From IMG/VR virus record IMGVR_UViG_3300011008_000006: a DNA stretch of 64,000 bases. One strand, given 5' to 3'. A program made the translations under genes and the position numbers. The stretch comes from a virus (Duplodnaviria > Heunggongvirae > Uroviricota > Caudoviricetes). Positions within the stretch are counted from its first letter, which is position 1. Each line of letters starts with the position of its first letter. This document shows positions 1-10,690 of this stretch, one piece after another. A model generated the notes under the pieces. It worked only from the letters and a program-made list of their open reading frames with translations, did no database searches and had not been told where the DNA came from.

Positions 1-72
1 TAAATAATTAGTTTCAGCAGTAGTTTTATCCATGACGTCCGCGATTTCACCTAATGCAACTAAATCTAAGAA

Positions 73-705
73 ATTACGAGATAATTCTACTCCTAATGTA
101 TCATCTAACACTTCACAAAATTTATAAGTCACGCCTGCACCACAAAGTGATTTATTTTCATAGTTTTTAGATAATTGATTATTAATAATAATAGTATTAG
201 TAGCAGTAGAAACTACTGGCTCTCCATTGTCATTATATAACTATTCGTGATGGTCTAAAATAAGACAATCAATTCCTAATTGTTCCAGCCGCGAATGTTC
301 TTTTACATCAAAGCTAGCACTATCAGGGCAAATAACTAAATTATATACTGGATCATCTTCAATTTCATCAATTACATCACTTAAGCCGTGTTGTTTATGA
401 CTATGTACCATAAAATTTAAAGAAGCATTTGGAAATATATGCTTTATATATAGCCAAAGAATAGCAGAACTTGTAAATCCGTCTGCATCAGCATCTACAA
501 TAAATAATATATTATTATTTGCTCGCAGATGTTTTAACAACATTTCTACTCCTGCTTCTATATTATCTAAATCATATGGATTTAATTCACAAGCAAATGT
601 AGGATGTAAAAATTTATCAATTTCTTTTACTCCTCTATCTATTAAAATTGCTTGTAAAGCCTAATCTGGATTTGATGGATAATTATTTCTTAACTTATAT
701 CTCAT
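73..705 (-). CDS. DHH-family phosphoesterase (RecJ/NrnA-like); read through 3 in-frame TAGs
   Basis: ORF 241..543 has the DHH motifs (IVDADADG, LILDHHE). It continues in the same frame across TAG at 661-663, 241-243 and 94-96, up to ATG at 703-705 (RBS GGAGAA) and stop TAA at 73-75. Confidence 0.6.
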
Positions 706-716
706 TACTATTCTCC

Positions 717-1841
717 TTACTTTACTTTTACTCTTGTTTTATATAAATGTTCAAATACATCTTTACCTCGGTCATAAGGTGAATCTTTTTCTTTTAGGAC
801 ATTATCAAAGTCCCATATATATGAAAAGGTTGCTTGATTTCTATACTTTCTACAAAGAGAAATTAATTTTTCTCTATACTTTTTTGCTTTTTCATCATGA
901 CAATCTTCATATTCTTTATCAAGAGCAACAATTATTTCATTTGCTCCAAGAATATTTGTTAATAAACTAATATGATATTTATTAAAAGTTGAACCACAGC
1001 AGGCGACTGCGTTACTTAAATCTCCATAATAACCATCATCAAGTAGTACTGATTTTTCACCTTCAACAATAATAGCACTTCGTCTATATTGAATACCAAT
1101 TTGATGTTCATAAATACCATATAGATTAAACTGTAACTGATGTGTATATATTTTATCTCCTATTTGAATAGGACGATATTTACCTAATTCAATATCTTCT
1201 GGCTCAATAGAACGTGCGCGAATACCTATTAGACGCCCATTTATATCAAAATGTGGAATAATGATTTTATTTTGTCCAATTGAAAAACTAATTTGAAATC
1301 TATCCATAGACTCTTTTGTTATTCCATCTCTTAACCATAATGGATGATAATATTTTGTAAAATATGATAATACAACTTCAGGATATTCATCTAAAATAGG
1401 AATATTTTTTGTATATTTATATCTATCTCTATCTAATTCTTCTCCACGATTTTTTCGTTCTTTAATATGTGTAATTTGTTTTAAGCAATGTTTTACATAG
1501 TCTTCTGCTTCATCATCTGTGATGTCTCGGTTTTCATTTACACTAATAAATTTTTTATATAATGTAAAAATTGACATTGCTTCATTACATTCTGTATAAC
1601 AGCGAAAAATTTTATTATTTTGATACCAATATAATTTCATGCTTTCCGCCGCGTGAAGAGGATTATGACAAATAGTAGGACAAATTAAATAATCTTTTTC
1701 TTTATATACTGCTATTTGATCTACACCCAAACTTTCTAAAAAAGTTTTTACATCTTCTAAGGTAATAGAGTTTATAATATCTTGTTTAGTTATATCTATA
1801 TAATCTAATTCAGTATCTTGCTCTTTTAATGTCGTCAACAT
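717..1841 (-). CDS. DNA primase (DnaG-like; CHC2 zinc finger plus TOPRIM)
   Basis: Cys/His zinc-finger segment CPTICHNPLH...CYTEC and TOPRIM segment IIVEGEKSVLLDDGYY; complete 374 aa ORF. Confidence 0.8.
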   Translation of the reverse strand: MLTTLKEQDTELDYIDITKQDIINSITLEDVKTFLESLGVDQIAVYKEKDYLICPTICHNPLHAAESMKLYWYQNNKIFRCYTECNEAMSIFTLYKKFISVNENRDITDDEAEDYVKHCLKQITHIKERKNRGEELDRDRYKYTKNIPILDEYPEVVLSYFTKYYHPLWLRDGITKESMDRFQISFSIGQNKIIIPHFDINGRLIGIRARSIEPEDIELGKYRPIQIGDKIYTHQLQFNLYGIYEHQIGIQYRRSAIIVEGEKSVLLDDGYYGDLSNAVACCGSTFNKYHISLLTNILGANEIIVALDKEYEDCHDEKAKKYREKLISLCRKYRNQATFSYIWDFDNVLKEKDSPYDRGKDVFEHLYKTRVKVK

Positions 1842-3445
1842 TTAAGTTCATTCTCCCAATCTTTTATTGGTTCTTCTATTAATGGTGCAACTATTTCTAT
1901 TATTCCATTATTAGATATTGGACAATTATCTGCATTTGTTATAAATAAATCTTTTCTATATCCAGTTCCCAAGTGAAGACTTAACCATATTCTAACATTT
2001 TTATATTGACCGCGGCGCATTTTATAAATATCAATAATATGAGTTGGTTTATTTTCAATCAAACTTGCATCTAATCTACCATCTCTCGCGGCCATCTTAA
2101 ATGTAGGGAGTAAGTTATTCCATACTTTATCGCTTACTCTTGTCATTATATAACCCATATCTGCTTTATCAGCAATACTTTTTGCACCACGAATACAAGT
2201 TTCATTTTTAAATTCACCATCATCCATCATTGCACCAGCGTTTACCTGTGTTGCTGAAAAGATAAATACATTATAATCTTTTGCCAATTGTTTTAATTGA
2301 TTTGCCATCATCATAAGAATACTATCTTCACGCAGATTATTTTTTGCAAACTGGTTCATCATACTTGCTGTTGTATGGATGTAGTCAAAAAATATATATT
2401 TAACTTGGTCAATTGTAGTATATTTTTTAATTGTTGCTTCTACATTGACAAGATTTGGTTCACTAATCTCTTCAATGATAAAATATCCGCTATAATCTTT
2501 CATAATTTTTGCCGCATACTTAACTCTAGTTAATTCTCCTAAATCATATTTCCCACGGAGGATATGGTCTTCATCTACTCCAGATAAATATGCCAGCATA
2601 ATAGTTTGTAATTCTTCTTTATCCATCTCTGTTACGATGAATAATACTTTTCGTGGTTGTAAAACTTCACCCGTTTCTTTTTCTATATCATGTATAAAAC
2701 ATCGTAAGTCATGAGACCACCTAACAGGATAGGCTAACTTACATGCATCAAAAACTGAAGTTCTTGTTTTACCTGCATTAGTGCTTGCAGATTTTAAGTA
2801 AAAACATCCTTGTCTTGCGCCGCGGCAAGCATGATTGAATATTTTCCCTTCTAAGCATGGGCCAATATTTGGATTTTTTTGTAATGATTCAATTAATTCA
2901 ACTACTCCTTCTGCAGGGTCTCCTTTTGTTTTGCCACCATTTAAAAAGTCTCGTCTAATAATATTATATTTACTTTCAACTGAATTTAAAATATCTTCAA
3001 GAGAAGAATCATCAAAATGTTTTTGTGTTTGTGTTTCTTTCAATGGATCATTATTTTCTTTATCATCAATATAAAACTCGCTAATATCATATTTTTCTGC
3101 TTTTAATCGACGAAGTAAAGCATATTTCTTTACTCTTTTATAAAACATATCAAAATTACTTGGCTTCGCGTTTTCATAGGCATCTTTTATAAAATCTAAT
3201 CCATTTTCTCTTTTATATATATCAAGAGCTAGATTATTTGTTCTATATAGTTCTTGGTCTACTTCAATTGGAGTAATACTTTTTGCTCCATTATCATATA
3301 AATGCTGTATTGTAATTAAGCATACTCTATATATTGACCCATCAAAATCTGCTGGTGATAAATCTGTGTATTCTAAAAAAAGAAGCGGATTTTGCATTAA
3401 AGACCCTATAACTTCACGATAAGCTGCCTTATCTGATAAAGTCAT
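1835..3445 (-). CDS. replicative DNA helicase (DnaB-like)
   Basis: Walker A NAGKT, DnaB H2-like FFDYIHT and an H3/H4-like region. Start re-assigned to ATG 3443-3445 behind RBS AGGAGG; stop TGA overlaps the primase start. Confidence 0.75.
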   Translation of the reverse strand: MTLSDKAAYREVIGSLMQNPLLFLEYTDLSPADFDGSIYRVCLITIQHLYDNGAKSITPIEVDQELYRTNNLALDIYKRENGLDFIKDAYENAKPSNFDMFYKRVKKYALLRRLKAEKYDISEFYIDDKENNDPLKETQTQKHFDDSSLEDILNSVESKYNIIRRDFLNGGKTKGDPAEGVVELIESLQKNPNIGPCLEGKIFNHACRGARQGCFYLKSASTNAGKTRTSVFDACKLAYPVRWSHDLRCFIHDIEKETGEVLQPRKVLFIVTEMDKEELQTIMLAYLSGVDEDHILRGKYDLGELTRVKYAAKIMKDYSGYFIIEEISEPNLVNVEATIKKYTTIDQVKYIFFDYIHTTASMMNQFAKNNLREDSILMMMANQLKQLAKDYNVFIFSATQVNAGAMMDDGEFKNETCIRGAKSIADKADMGYIMTRVSDKVWNNLLPTFKMAARDGRLDASLIENKPTHIIDIYKMRRGQYKNVRIWLSLHLGTGYRKDLFITNADNCPISNNGIIEIVAPLIEEPIKDWENELKC

Positions 3446-3458
3446 CCAAATCCTCCTC

Positions 3459-3941
3459 TCATAACCAATCTTCAAAATTCCATTGCTCTTTTTGTTTTTC
3501 TTTATTTTCTTGTATAGGAGCACTATATTCTTTTATTTCAACTGACGCCGCGGCGGCAATTGTTCCTACAGAAGCAGTTTGATTTCTTTTATATTTTTTC
3601 ATTTCTTCCACATTTCTTGGATTAACTAAGGCTAATGAAGAAGACAATTTTTTTACCTTCTTTACATTATACAAATAATCTAAACAATCTGCGATTACAT
3701 TATCTGTATATCCATAAGTATCCATTATTCTTTTTCTATCTGTATTAATTCGCGGCCAGTTAGCACTATCTCCAAATATAAGATATACTCTTAATCTAAA
3801 ATGATCATTTGCCTATTTTTCAGCAAGACATTTCGGACAATAATTATGTAGTGTTTTTACCCCAGGCGAGGCATATGCTACTAATTCTTCTCTTAATGTA
3901 TCTGTCTTACACTTAAAACACTTTAATGTTTTTTTAGTCAT
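3459..3941 (-). CDS. zinc-ribbon protein (CxxC...CxxC); 1 in-frame TAG
   Basis: Extends ORF 3459..3725 upstream through TAG at 3813-3815 to ATG 3939-3941 (RBS GGGGTGA). N-terminus CFKC...CPKC. Confidence 0.45.
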
Positions 3942-4053
3942 AATCTCACCCCTTATAATAAGTATATCATAATTTTGATAAAAAGTCAAATAAAACGAGA
4001 GCGTTCTAAAACTAGAACGCTCTCTCCGCTCCTTCTACACATGGTAGATGAGC

Positions 4054-5052
4054 TTACATAAGTTCTTTCATTTCATCTATAAACAATTCAACCAAGTCAG
4101 TTTGAGAAGGAACTGCTTGACTGATTTTAAATTCTTCTGAGCCAAATACTCGTTTAATAATATCACGCATGATATTTGCTCGTCTGTCAGTATCTTCATC
4201 ATCTTTAGCTTGACCGAGATAAGTCATCCAGATTTCTTTAGCTTCATCCATAACCTCTTGGAAAGGACGAGCTTTTACTTGAGCAATTTCAGTGTTATCT
4301 GTTACTTCTGCCCCATCTTTTTCAACGGCGGCATCAATAGCGTCACCAATTGCTGATACTAATTCTTTATAACCGAATTTAATCTTTGGAGCAAGGTATT
4401 GATATCTAGAACCTGCAAAAACATTTGGTGTTGAGCGAGTATATAGATAACGCTCTGTGGAACCATCGGGGTTCATTTGAACTTGTAGATAACCAATAAT
4501 GTCAACAATACTATTAATAATTGTATAGGCATTGTTTGGAAGGTCAGGAGCAACTGCGGTAATAGCATTTCCTTCTTCATCCCGCATTTCAGTTGGTCTA
4601 TCTTTTGCGTGAGCAATAAATAAAATACCAAAACCAAGTAAAGTAATTTCACGCCAACATTCAGAGAACTCTGTCTTTACCATATTCCAACCTTGACCCC
4701 AAGGAACATCACGAATACTATCAACACTTTCACGCTGACATATATATTGTTCACAAAGCTGCCAAGCAATAGACGCAGTATCTACTACAATACTATCATA
4801 CATTTCTTTAGCTTGTGGCTTCCTTAACTGGCTCAAAACCTTTTTAAAGTCCGTCCAGCGAAGGATTGGAACACCACGAATACCAGCTAAAGCATTTGTG
4901 CCTTGCTCAAAATTTAGGAATAGTGCACGAGGCAATTGAGAGCCAAAAGTGGATTTACCACTTTTAGGCTAACCATAAATTAAAAGGAACTTTCCCTTGA
5001 GGTCACGAGATATTTTTGATGGCTCAAGAGAAAAAATATCAATATTCGCCAT
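4054..5052 (-). CDS. P-loop ATPase, Sak4/RecA-like recombination or replication protein; 1 in-frame TAG
   Basis: Walker A IYG(TAG)PKSGKST lies across the TAG at 4969-4971. ATG at 5050-5052 with RBS AGGAGG; in frame with ORF 4054..4935. Confidence 0.6.
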
Positions 5053-5081
5053 ACATCATACCTCCTAAAAAACTGGGAATA

Positions 5082-5972
5082 TTATTCCCAGTTATATTTA
5101 GAAGCGTTAGAAGTCGTAGCAGAAGCAGTACTCTTATTTTTAGCATCAATTTGTAACTGTTCAATTTCTGCCTTACGAACATTAAATCCTTTCTTAATTT
5201 CTGCAGGATCATAAGCAAAATCTTCTTCTTTACCTTCATCATCACCCTTAGTGATAATAAGTTCACGAATCATACGAGTTGTAGTTTCGGGAATTTCTTC
5301 ACCCCAAGAACTTGAAGAGGGAGCAGGCTTTTCTTCCATAGAAGTTACGCGAATACGACCACGAACAGAGTTTGTATCATTTACATTCCAGTGTTCGCTG
5401 ATGTAATCTACTGTGTCAGGATTTTCTACGATGAACTGTAGAACATCTACCTTACCACCATACTGAACAATTGCACCCTTGATAACTAAACGACCAGTTT
5501 CATCACCTTCGCGGTCAATTTCAGGACTCATATCCATAATGAAAATATCGAGATTAAAAGAAGCTACATCCGCAGTTGAACCACTATTAATGAAAGAGGT
5601 GTTAATTTGCCAACCACTAATTAATTGACCGCTCTTAGATATAAAGTTATTTTCACGAATATTCGCACCGGTAATACGAACTGTATCCGCGCCATCAATA
5701 CCGTTATCCTGCGCGGTTTTCATATTACGAAGATCTTGAATACTTTTGAAAGCTGGATTTGCAGTGCCATCTTTCTTAAACTTAGAAGCAAACATACTTA
5801 CAGGAATTTCACTTACTTCTTCGTGGCCGCCAAAAGTCTAAGCTACGCGAACAGTAATGTTTGCCCTATCATAAGGGGCACCATCTTTTGTCTTTCCACT
5901 ATTAAAAGTTGCATCTAATAATTTACCTACAATTGTTACTTTATTATTTCCTTGATCTGCTAATGTTTTCAT
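5082..5972 (-). CDS. putative ssDNA-binding protein (OB-fold N-terminus, acidic or low-complexity tail); 1 in-frame TAG
   Basis: ORF 5082..5795 extends through a TAG near 5838-5840 to ATG 5970-5972 (RBS GGTGGA). N-terminus NKVTIVGKL...ANITVRV is SSB-like. Confidence 0.4.
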
Positions 5973-6000
5973 ATTTCATTCCACCTTATTTTTTTCTTTT

Positions 6001-6029
6001 ATTATATTATAATTTTTAATAATTGTCAA
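6001..6029 (-). promoter_or_regulatory. sigma-A-type promoter (TTGACA, 17 nt spacer, TATAAT) for the SSB-like gene
   Basis: Plus strand shows attata (6001-6006) and tgtcaa (6024-6029). Confidence 0.6.
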
Positions 6030-6040
6030 TAGAATTAATG

Positions 6041-6060
6041 GCCCCACTTTTGTGGGGCCA
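6041..6060 (-). terminator. terminator-like hairpin downstream of the HTH gene
   Basis: ggccccac-tttt-gtggggcc (8 bp stem). On the minus strand it is followed by ATTAATTCTATT (a weak U-tract). Confidence 0.45.
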
Positions 6061-6117
6061 CCACAAGAACCGCTTTCACGATTCCGAAAACTGTTTCCAC
6101 ACCTGGTGGATCAGATA

Positions 6118-6477
6118 TTATTCAGCTTCCTTCGCGGCCTTGGCAGCAGCACGTTCTGCGGCGCGAGCAGCCTTAGCAGCTTCCCTTTCAGCTAACTTTT
6201 GAGCTTCTTCGGCTACGGGGTCATAAGCTAGACCGGCTTCAGTTAGGGTGTGATATAGAACATTCTTAACCTGAGCCTTACGAGTTTCAGTAGCTTCAGT
6301 TACGACTACTTCTTCAGTACGAGTAGTAGCAGCATAGCCCTTCTTAATTAGACCATTTAGACTACCAGTTACAGCGGGTACGGATACACCAACAGCTTCA
6401 GCGATTTCGGCCTTACTAAATTCCTTGCCATAGTTCTTCTTTAGAAAGTTTAGTACTAATTCTGAGTTCTAAGTCAT
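6118..6477 (-). CDS. small HTH DNA-binding protein with an Ala/Lys-rich histone H1-like tail; TAG at codon 3
   Basis: Absent from the ORF track because TAG is codon 3 (M T TAG N S E...). The tail reads AKAARAAERAAAKAAKEAE. Stop TAA at 6118-6120. Codons are GC-richer than in neighbouring genes. Confidence 0.45.
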
Positions 6478-6566
6478 AGTTAATCAATCTCCTTTGTTTT
6501 GTTTATTCAATTAATTATATTATTTATATTAAAGCGGCAGGAATTTTCCTTCCTCTTTATATATCT

Positions 6567-6595
6567 ATTATAACAGAAATTTGTGAAATTGTCAA
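6567..6595 (-). promoter_or_regulatory. consensus promoter (TTGACA-17-TATAAT), proximal of a tandem pair upstream of the HTH gene
   Basis: attata 6567-6572; tgtcaa 6590-6595. Confidence 0.6.
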
Positions 6596-6643
6596 ATATT
6601 AGATTTTTTTCTTTATTCAACTTTTTCCCTTCTTTCTGTATAT

Positions 6644-6672
6644 ATTATAACATAAATTTTTATAGAAGTCAA
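6644..6672 (-). promoter_or_regulatory. consensus promoter (TTGACT-17-TATAAT), distal of the tandem pair
   Basis: attata 6644-6649; agtcaa 6667-6672. Confidence 0.6.
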
Positions 6673-6675
6673 ATA

Positions 6676-7059
6676 TTAGTTTTCAGAAATTTTAAATAAT
6701 TCTTTAGCTAATGTTTTTGTTTTTTCAGGATCATCTTTTGTTTCATCAATAATACGGGAGAGCTTAGGAATTACATCTATTTTATAATTATTTATTGCTT
6801 GCTGACTGGCTTTAATACGATCTTGAATATTATTTATAATAATATAACTAGCTGCGAGAAGTTTAGTATATTCATTATAAGTAAGTTCTTCGTTAGTTGT
6901 AAGATTATCTTCTAATTTTTGATAATCATTACGCATAACCTCCGCAGTATTATAACCCTATGTGTCTCCCTACTTTTTATCATAGTCCATTACCTATTCT
7001 GCTAATACCGCAGTAGTGTGGCACATTTCGGTAAATAACTTTTTATATGCACTATCCAT
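6676..7059 (-). CDS. hypothetical protein (3 in-frame TAGs near the N-terminus)
   Basis: ORF 6676..6936 extends in frame to ATG 7057-7059 (RBS GAGG) across TAGs at 6994-6996, 6970-6972 and 6958-6960. Confidence 0.35.
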
Positions 7060-7068
7060 ATTTATACC

Positions 7069-9441
7069 TCACATAATTTCAATATTTTTACTGCGGGTAT
7101 CAATAATACGGACACCCACTGTAGAACGATTTTGAACAGGAATTGTATTTATATCTAATAATACAGCCTTATTATTTGCTGATACAAATAACTTTGTTTG
7201 AGAAAGAGGAACTGCATATATCGCGGCAATTTGTTCTTCTTTTAATGTCATAACCTGACTGCCGCGACTACCACGAGAAATCATATTAAAATCTTCAATC
7301 GCAGTAATTTTTCCCCTACCTGATGTATCTATTGTTAAGATACCTTTATATTCAACATCCTTTTTAATAATTGTTGCTGATTGGATATATTCATTTTTCA
7401 TTAACTTAATAGCTTTCACACCTTTAGTAACACGGCCGGTAAATGATATATCTTCTACTGAATAGAAATTATAATAACCAGAAGAATTAACAACGAAGAT
7501 TTTATCTTCACCAGTTAAAGAAAGATATGCACCAATTAAAGTATCATTTTCTTCTAACTTTACTGCGACGACGCCTTTTTTCGCACGAGCACTATATTCT
7601 GTAATAGAACTCTTTTTAATATATCCATTTTTACTAATAGTAATCAAACTATTATAAGCATTAAATGACGTAGCATCAATTAATAGGATGACTTTTTCAT
7701 TTTCTTGTAAAGCAAGTAGTTCATAAATACTATAATCTTTACCATACTCTAAATTACTAATAGAAAGATTATACATTCTACCAATATTTGTAAAAGCAGT
7801 AATTAATCCCAGATTAGTAGTATATAAAGTATTGATTAAGTTTGTATTCTTAGGAGGCTTAATATTTACGCCTTTATTACCACGTTTGCCGCCTTGTAAA
7901 TCTTCCTTTTTGATTACACGAAGCATATTATTATCAAATAACATAACTCCTACTTCTTCTTCAGGAGTAGTTTCTACTGGTTCATCTTCGGTAGGTAAAA
8001 TATTCGTTATTTTTGTGCGTCGTGCATCGCCATATTTATTAGCTACTTCTTGTAAAGTTTTAATTAGTTCATTGTTTAAAGCCGTAGTATCAATTAATAA
8101 GTGTTGATACTCCGAGATTTTTCTACCAAGTTCTTCCAATTCATCATTTAATTTTATAATGTCTAATTTGGTTAAACTTGATAGTTTCATCGCAAGAATT
8201 GCCTTTGCTTGTTCTTCATTAAATCCATATGTAGCAATTAATTTTTGTGATGCTTCTGTTGGATTTGAAGAAGAACGAATAAGCGCAACAACTTCATCAA
8301 TAATTGAATATGCTTTTATTAGACCTTCTACGATATTTTTTCTAATAAGAGCTTTATCTAAATCAAATTGAATAATATTACATTTACATTCATGAATATG
8401 ATTAATATAGGCATCACATGCTTCTCTCCAACCAAATACACGAGGGAAACGTCCTTTATCAAGTAAAATCATATTGATTGAAAACCAATTTTCAAGAGAA
8501 GTATCTTTATACAGTTTTTCAATCATTTTTTTTGGATTTGCGCTTTTTGTTAAGTAGATACGAATATCTGCAACTTTTTTTGTATGGTCTACAACTTTAT
8601 CAATACCATAGTTTGGGTCATTAGTTGTTAGTTCAGCTAATTGGTCTATAATAGTATTTGTAAAAACTCCATGAGGAAGTTCAGTTGCTTTAATTAAGTT
8701 TTGATCTGGAATATATTCTAATGTTGCTCTTAGTCTAACAGAAGCACCCTTACCATATCTTAAACTTTCTTTTACAGCTTGAGAATTTGTAATGATTCCG
8801 CCGCATGCAAAGTCAGGAGCACAGTAAATTTCATCAAAACTTATTTCTGGATTTTGGATAATTTTAATTAGTGCTTCATTTACTTCTTTCAGATTAAATT
8901 GAGGAACACTTGTTGCCATAGCCACAGCAATACCGGAACAACCATTTACAATATTCCAATATCCAATAGAAGGAAATACAGATGGAATTTCTTCTGTATC
9001 GTCATAGTTCCAATACCATTGTTCTCCAATAGCATTTTTCTTTAATCCATTAAATAGATAATCTGTTAATTCGCTAGAACGCATTTCAACATAGCGCGCG
9101 GCCGCATGACTATCTGGAGAAGAAGGATTACCATAGCTACCTTGAACTTCTTCAAGTGGGTAATGATAAGACCAAGGACGAGCAGAACGAATAAATGTAT
9201 CATACATTGCCACATCGCCATGGACATATGATTGCGTCATCGCGGCGGCGACAGATTTCTGGGCTTTCTGGAATTTATCTTTATGCGTTAATTTGTTGGT
9301 GTATTGAGCATAAAGACCTTGTCGTAAGCCAATTTTCAACATGTCACGTACATCTGGAATAGCACGCTCTTGCGCGACTGATGCAGCATATTTTAAGAAG
9401 GCTTCTTCTGTCGTTTTTTGAAAGTCTACATTCTTAATCAT
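7069..9441 (-). CDS. DNA topoisomerase II subunit A (GyrA/ParC-like, T4 gp52-like)
   Basis: Active-site region HGDVAMYDT...AAARYVE matches GyrA AAMRYTE (catalytic Tyr); 790 aa. Confidence 0.85.
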   Translation of the reverse strand: MIKNVDFQKTTEEAFLKYAASVAQERAIPDVRDMLKIGLRQGLYAQYTNKLTHKDKFQKAQKSVAAAMTQSYVHGDVAMYDTFIRSARPWSYHYPLEEVQGSYGNPSSPDSHAAARYVEMRSSELTDYLFNGLKKNAIGEQWYWNYDDTEEIPSVFPSIGYWNIVNGCSGIAVAMATSVPQFNLKEVNEALIKIIQNPEISFDEIYCAPDFACGGIITNSQAVKESLRYGKGASVRLRATLEYIPDQNLIKATELPHGVFTNTIIDQLAELTTNDPNYGIDKVVDHTKKVADIRIYLTKSANPKKMIEKLYKDTSLENWFSINMILLDKGRFPRVFGWREACDAYINHIHECKCNIIQFDLDKALIRKNIVEGLIKAYSIIDEVVALIRSSSNPTEASQKLIATYGFNEEQAKAILAMKLSSLTKLDIIKLNDELEELGRKISEYQHLLIDTTALNNELIKTLQEVANKYGDARRTKITNILPTEDEPVETTPEEEVGVMLFDNNMLRVIKKEDLQGGKRGNKGVNIKPPKNTNLINTLYTTNLGLITAFTNIGRMYNLSISNLEYGKDYSIYELLALQENEKVILLIDATSFNAYNSLITISKNGYIKKSSITEYSARAKKGVVAVKLEENDTLIGAYLSLTGEDKIFVVNSSGYYNFYSVEDISFTGRVTKGVKAIKLMKNEYIQSATIIKKDVEYKGILTIDTSGRGKITAIEDFNMISRGSRGSQVMTLKEEQIAAIYAVPLSQTKLFVSANNKAVLLDINTIPVQNRSTVGVRIIDTRSKNIEIM

Positions 9442-9461
9442 CTTCTCATCTCCTTTCTTAT

Positions 9462-9490
9462 ATTATATCATAATTTTATTAACCTGTCAA
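9462..9490 (-). promoter_or_regulatory. consensus promoter for topo II subunit A gene
   Basis: attata 9462-9467; tgtcaa 9485-9490. Confidence 0.6.
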
Positions 9491-9718
9491 GTAACTACTT
9501 TTAGTGCCGTCTTCAAATTCAATAATGCATTCACTTTGATAGCCAGAAAGTAATACATTGCTCGCGCGAACTTCTATCCGCCCATACAATTCATCACAAA
9601 TCCATTCACAATAATTATTTTTTATATCTTCTACTGTTGCGTCAGGATCTTCTCTTTGATGCTCTTCAAGATTAAGATCGTCTTCCATTTTATATGTTAT
9701 TGTAATTTTTGCTTTCAT
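9479..9718 (-). CDS. hypothetical protein
   Basis: Complete minus-strand ORF with phage-like codon usage. Confidence 0.3.
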   Translation of the reverse strand: MKAKITITYKMEDDLNLEEHQREDPDATVEDIKNNYCEWICDELYGRIEVRASNVLLSGYQSECIIEFEDGTKSSYLTG

Positions 9719-9878
9719 TTTTAAACTCCTTGTTATTATAACAGTCTATTGTATAAAGTAGTTCATTTTTAAAATCTTTTAATAGACATTCATCACAACT
9801 ATGAAAACAGCCATCATTACAGTAATAATCAATTAAATTTTCAATATCTGTTATTGTTAAATTATTCTTATTAATCAT
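9690..9878 (-). CDS. hypothetical Cys-rich small protein
   Basis: 62 aa ORF with several Cys; overlaps the downstream gene. Confidence 0.3.
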   Translation of the reverse strand: MINKNNLTITDIENLIDYYCNDGCFHSCDECLLKDFKNELLYTIDCYNNKEFKNESKNYNNI

Positions 9879-9941
9879 TTGTTACCTCAATTATTTATAA
9901 TATTAAAATCAACATTTTCAAACAATTATATGTTTCCAATT

Positions 9942-10637
9942 CTAATAACACCATACTTGCTTGAAACTTCTTTCTGTAATTCCAGTATTTTTATAATCTT
10001 CATAAACTTGCTTCATAGTTTCGCCATTCTTTTTTCTTAAACGAATATTTTTGACCATATCTTCATTTAATTTTGCTCTTCCATTAGAAGAGCCCTTGTG
10101 GGAATTACGTTGAAATAAATAATATTGTCTATTTTCTTCTGTATAAACATCCATATGAACTTCACGCCAATTCTCGCCCAACCAAATCTTATGAAACCCG
10201 CCTTCACTTATTCTATCAGAAAATTCATTATAAACGTCTTCTTTTTTTAAATGTTGATTATAACATTCTCTAATATAATAAATATCATCAATAGTTAATT
10301 TGTGATTAGGATGTTTTTCACCAGACATGCCATATTGTGGAAAATCATACCCACAAGTTTCATTATATCCATAAGTATCTATACAGCTATGAAATTGACG
10401 AATATACTAATTTTCTTTCGCATCTAATTCTTCTACTTGACATTCTTCAAGGATTTCAAATGAAAAAGCATCTAGGCCATATTTTCTAAAAGCTCGATAT
10501 AAATATTTATCATATTCTTTATTTAGTATAAATGCTCTATTTTTATGAACTGTCCACCTATGCATTATATCTTTTGACTATCCAATATAGACTTTACCAT
10601 TGATATTATTTGTTATTTTGTAAATGCCAGTAATCAT
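9942..10637 (-). CDS. GIY-YIG homing endonuclease; 2 in-frame TAGs
   Basis: N-terminus GIYKITNNINGKVYIG(TAG)SKDIMHRWTVH. The first TAG sits in the conserved YIGxS position and a second lies at 10407-10409. Start ATG 10635-10637 with RBS AGGAGG. The gene sits between the topo II A and B subunit genes. Confidence 0.7.
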
Positions 10638-10690
10638 ATACAAGCACCTCCTGATTTCCTTCTATCAGAAAGTAATCTCACCTAGTCCTT

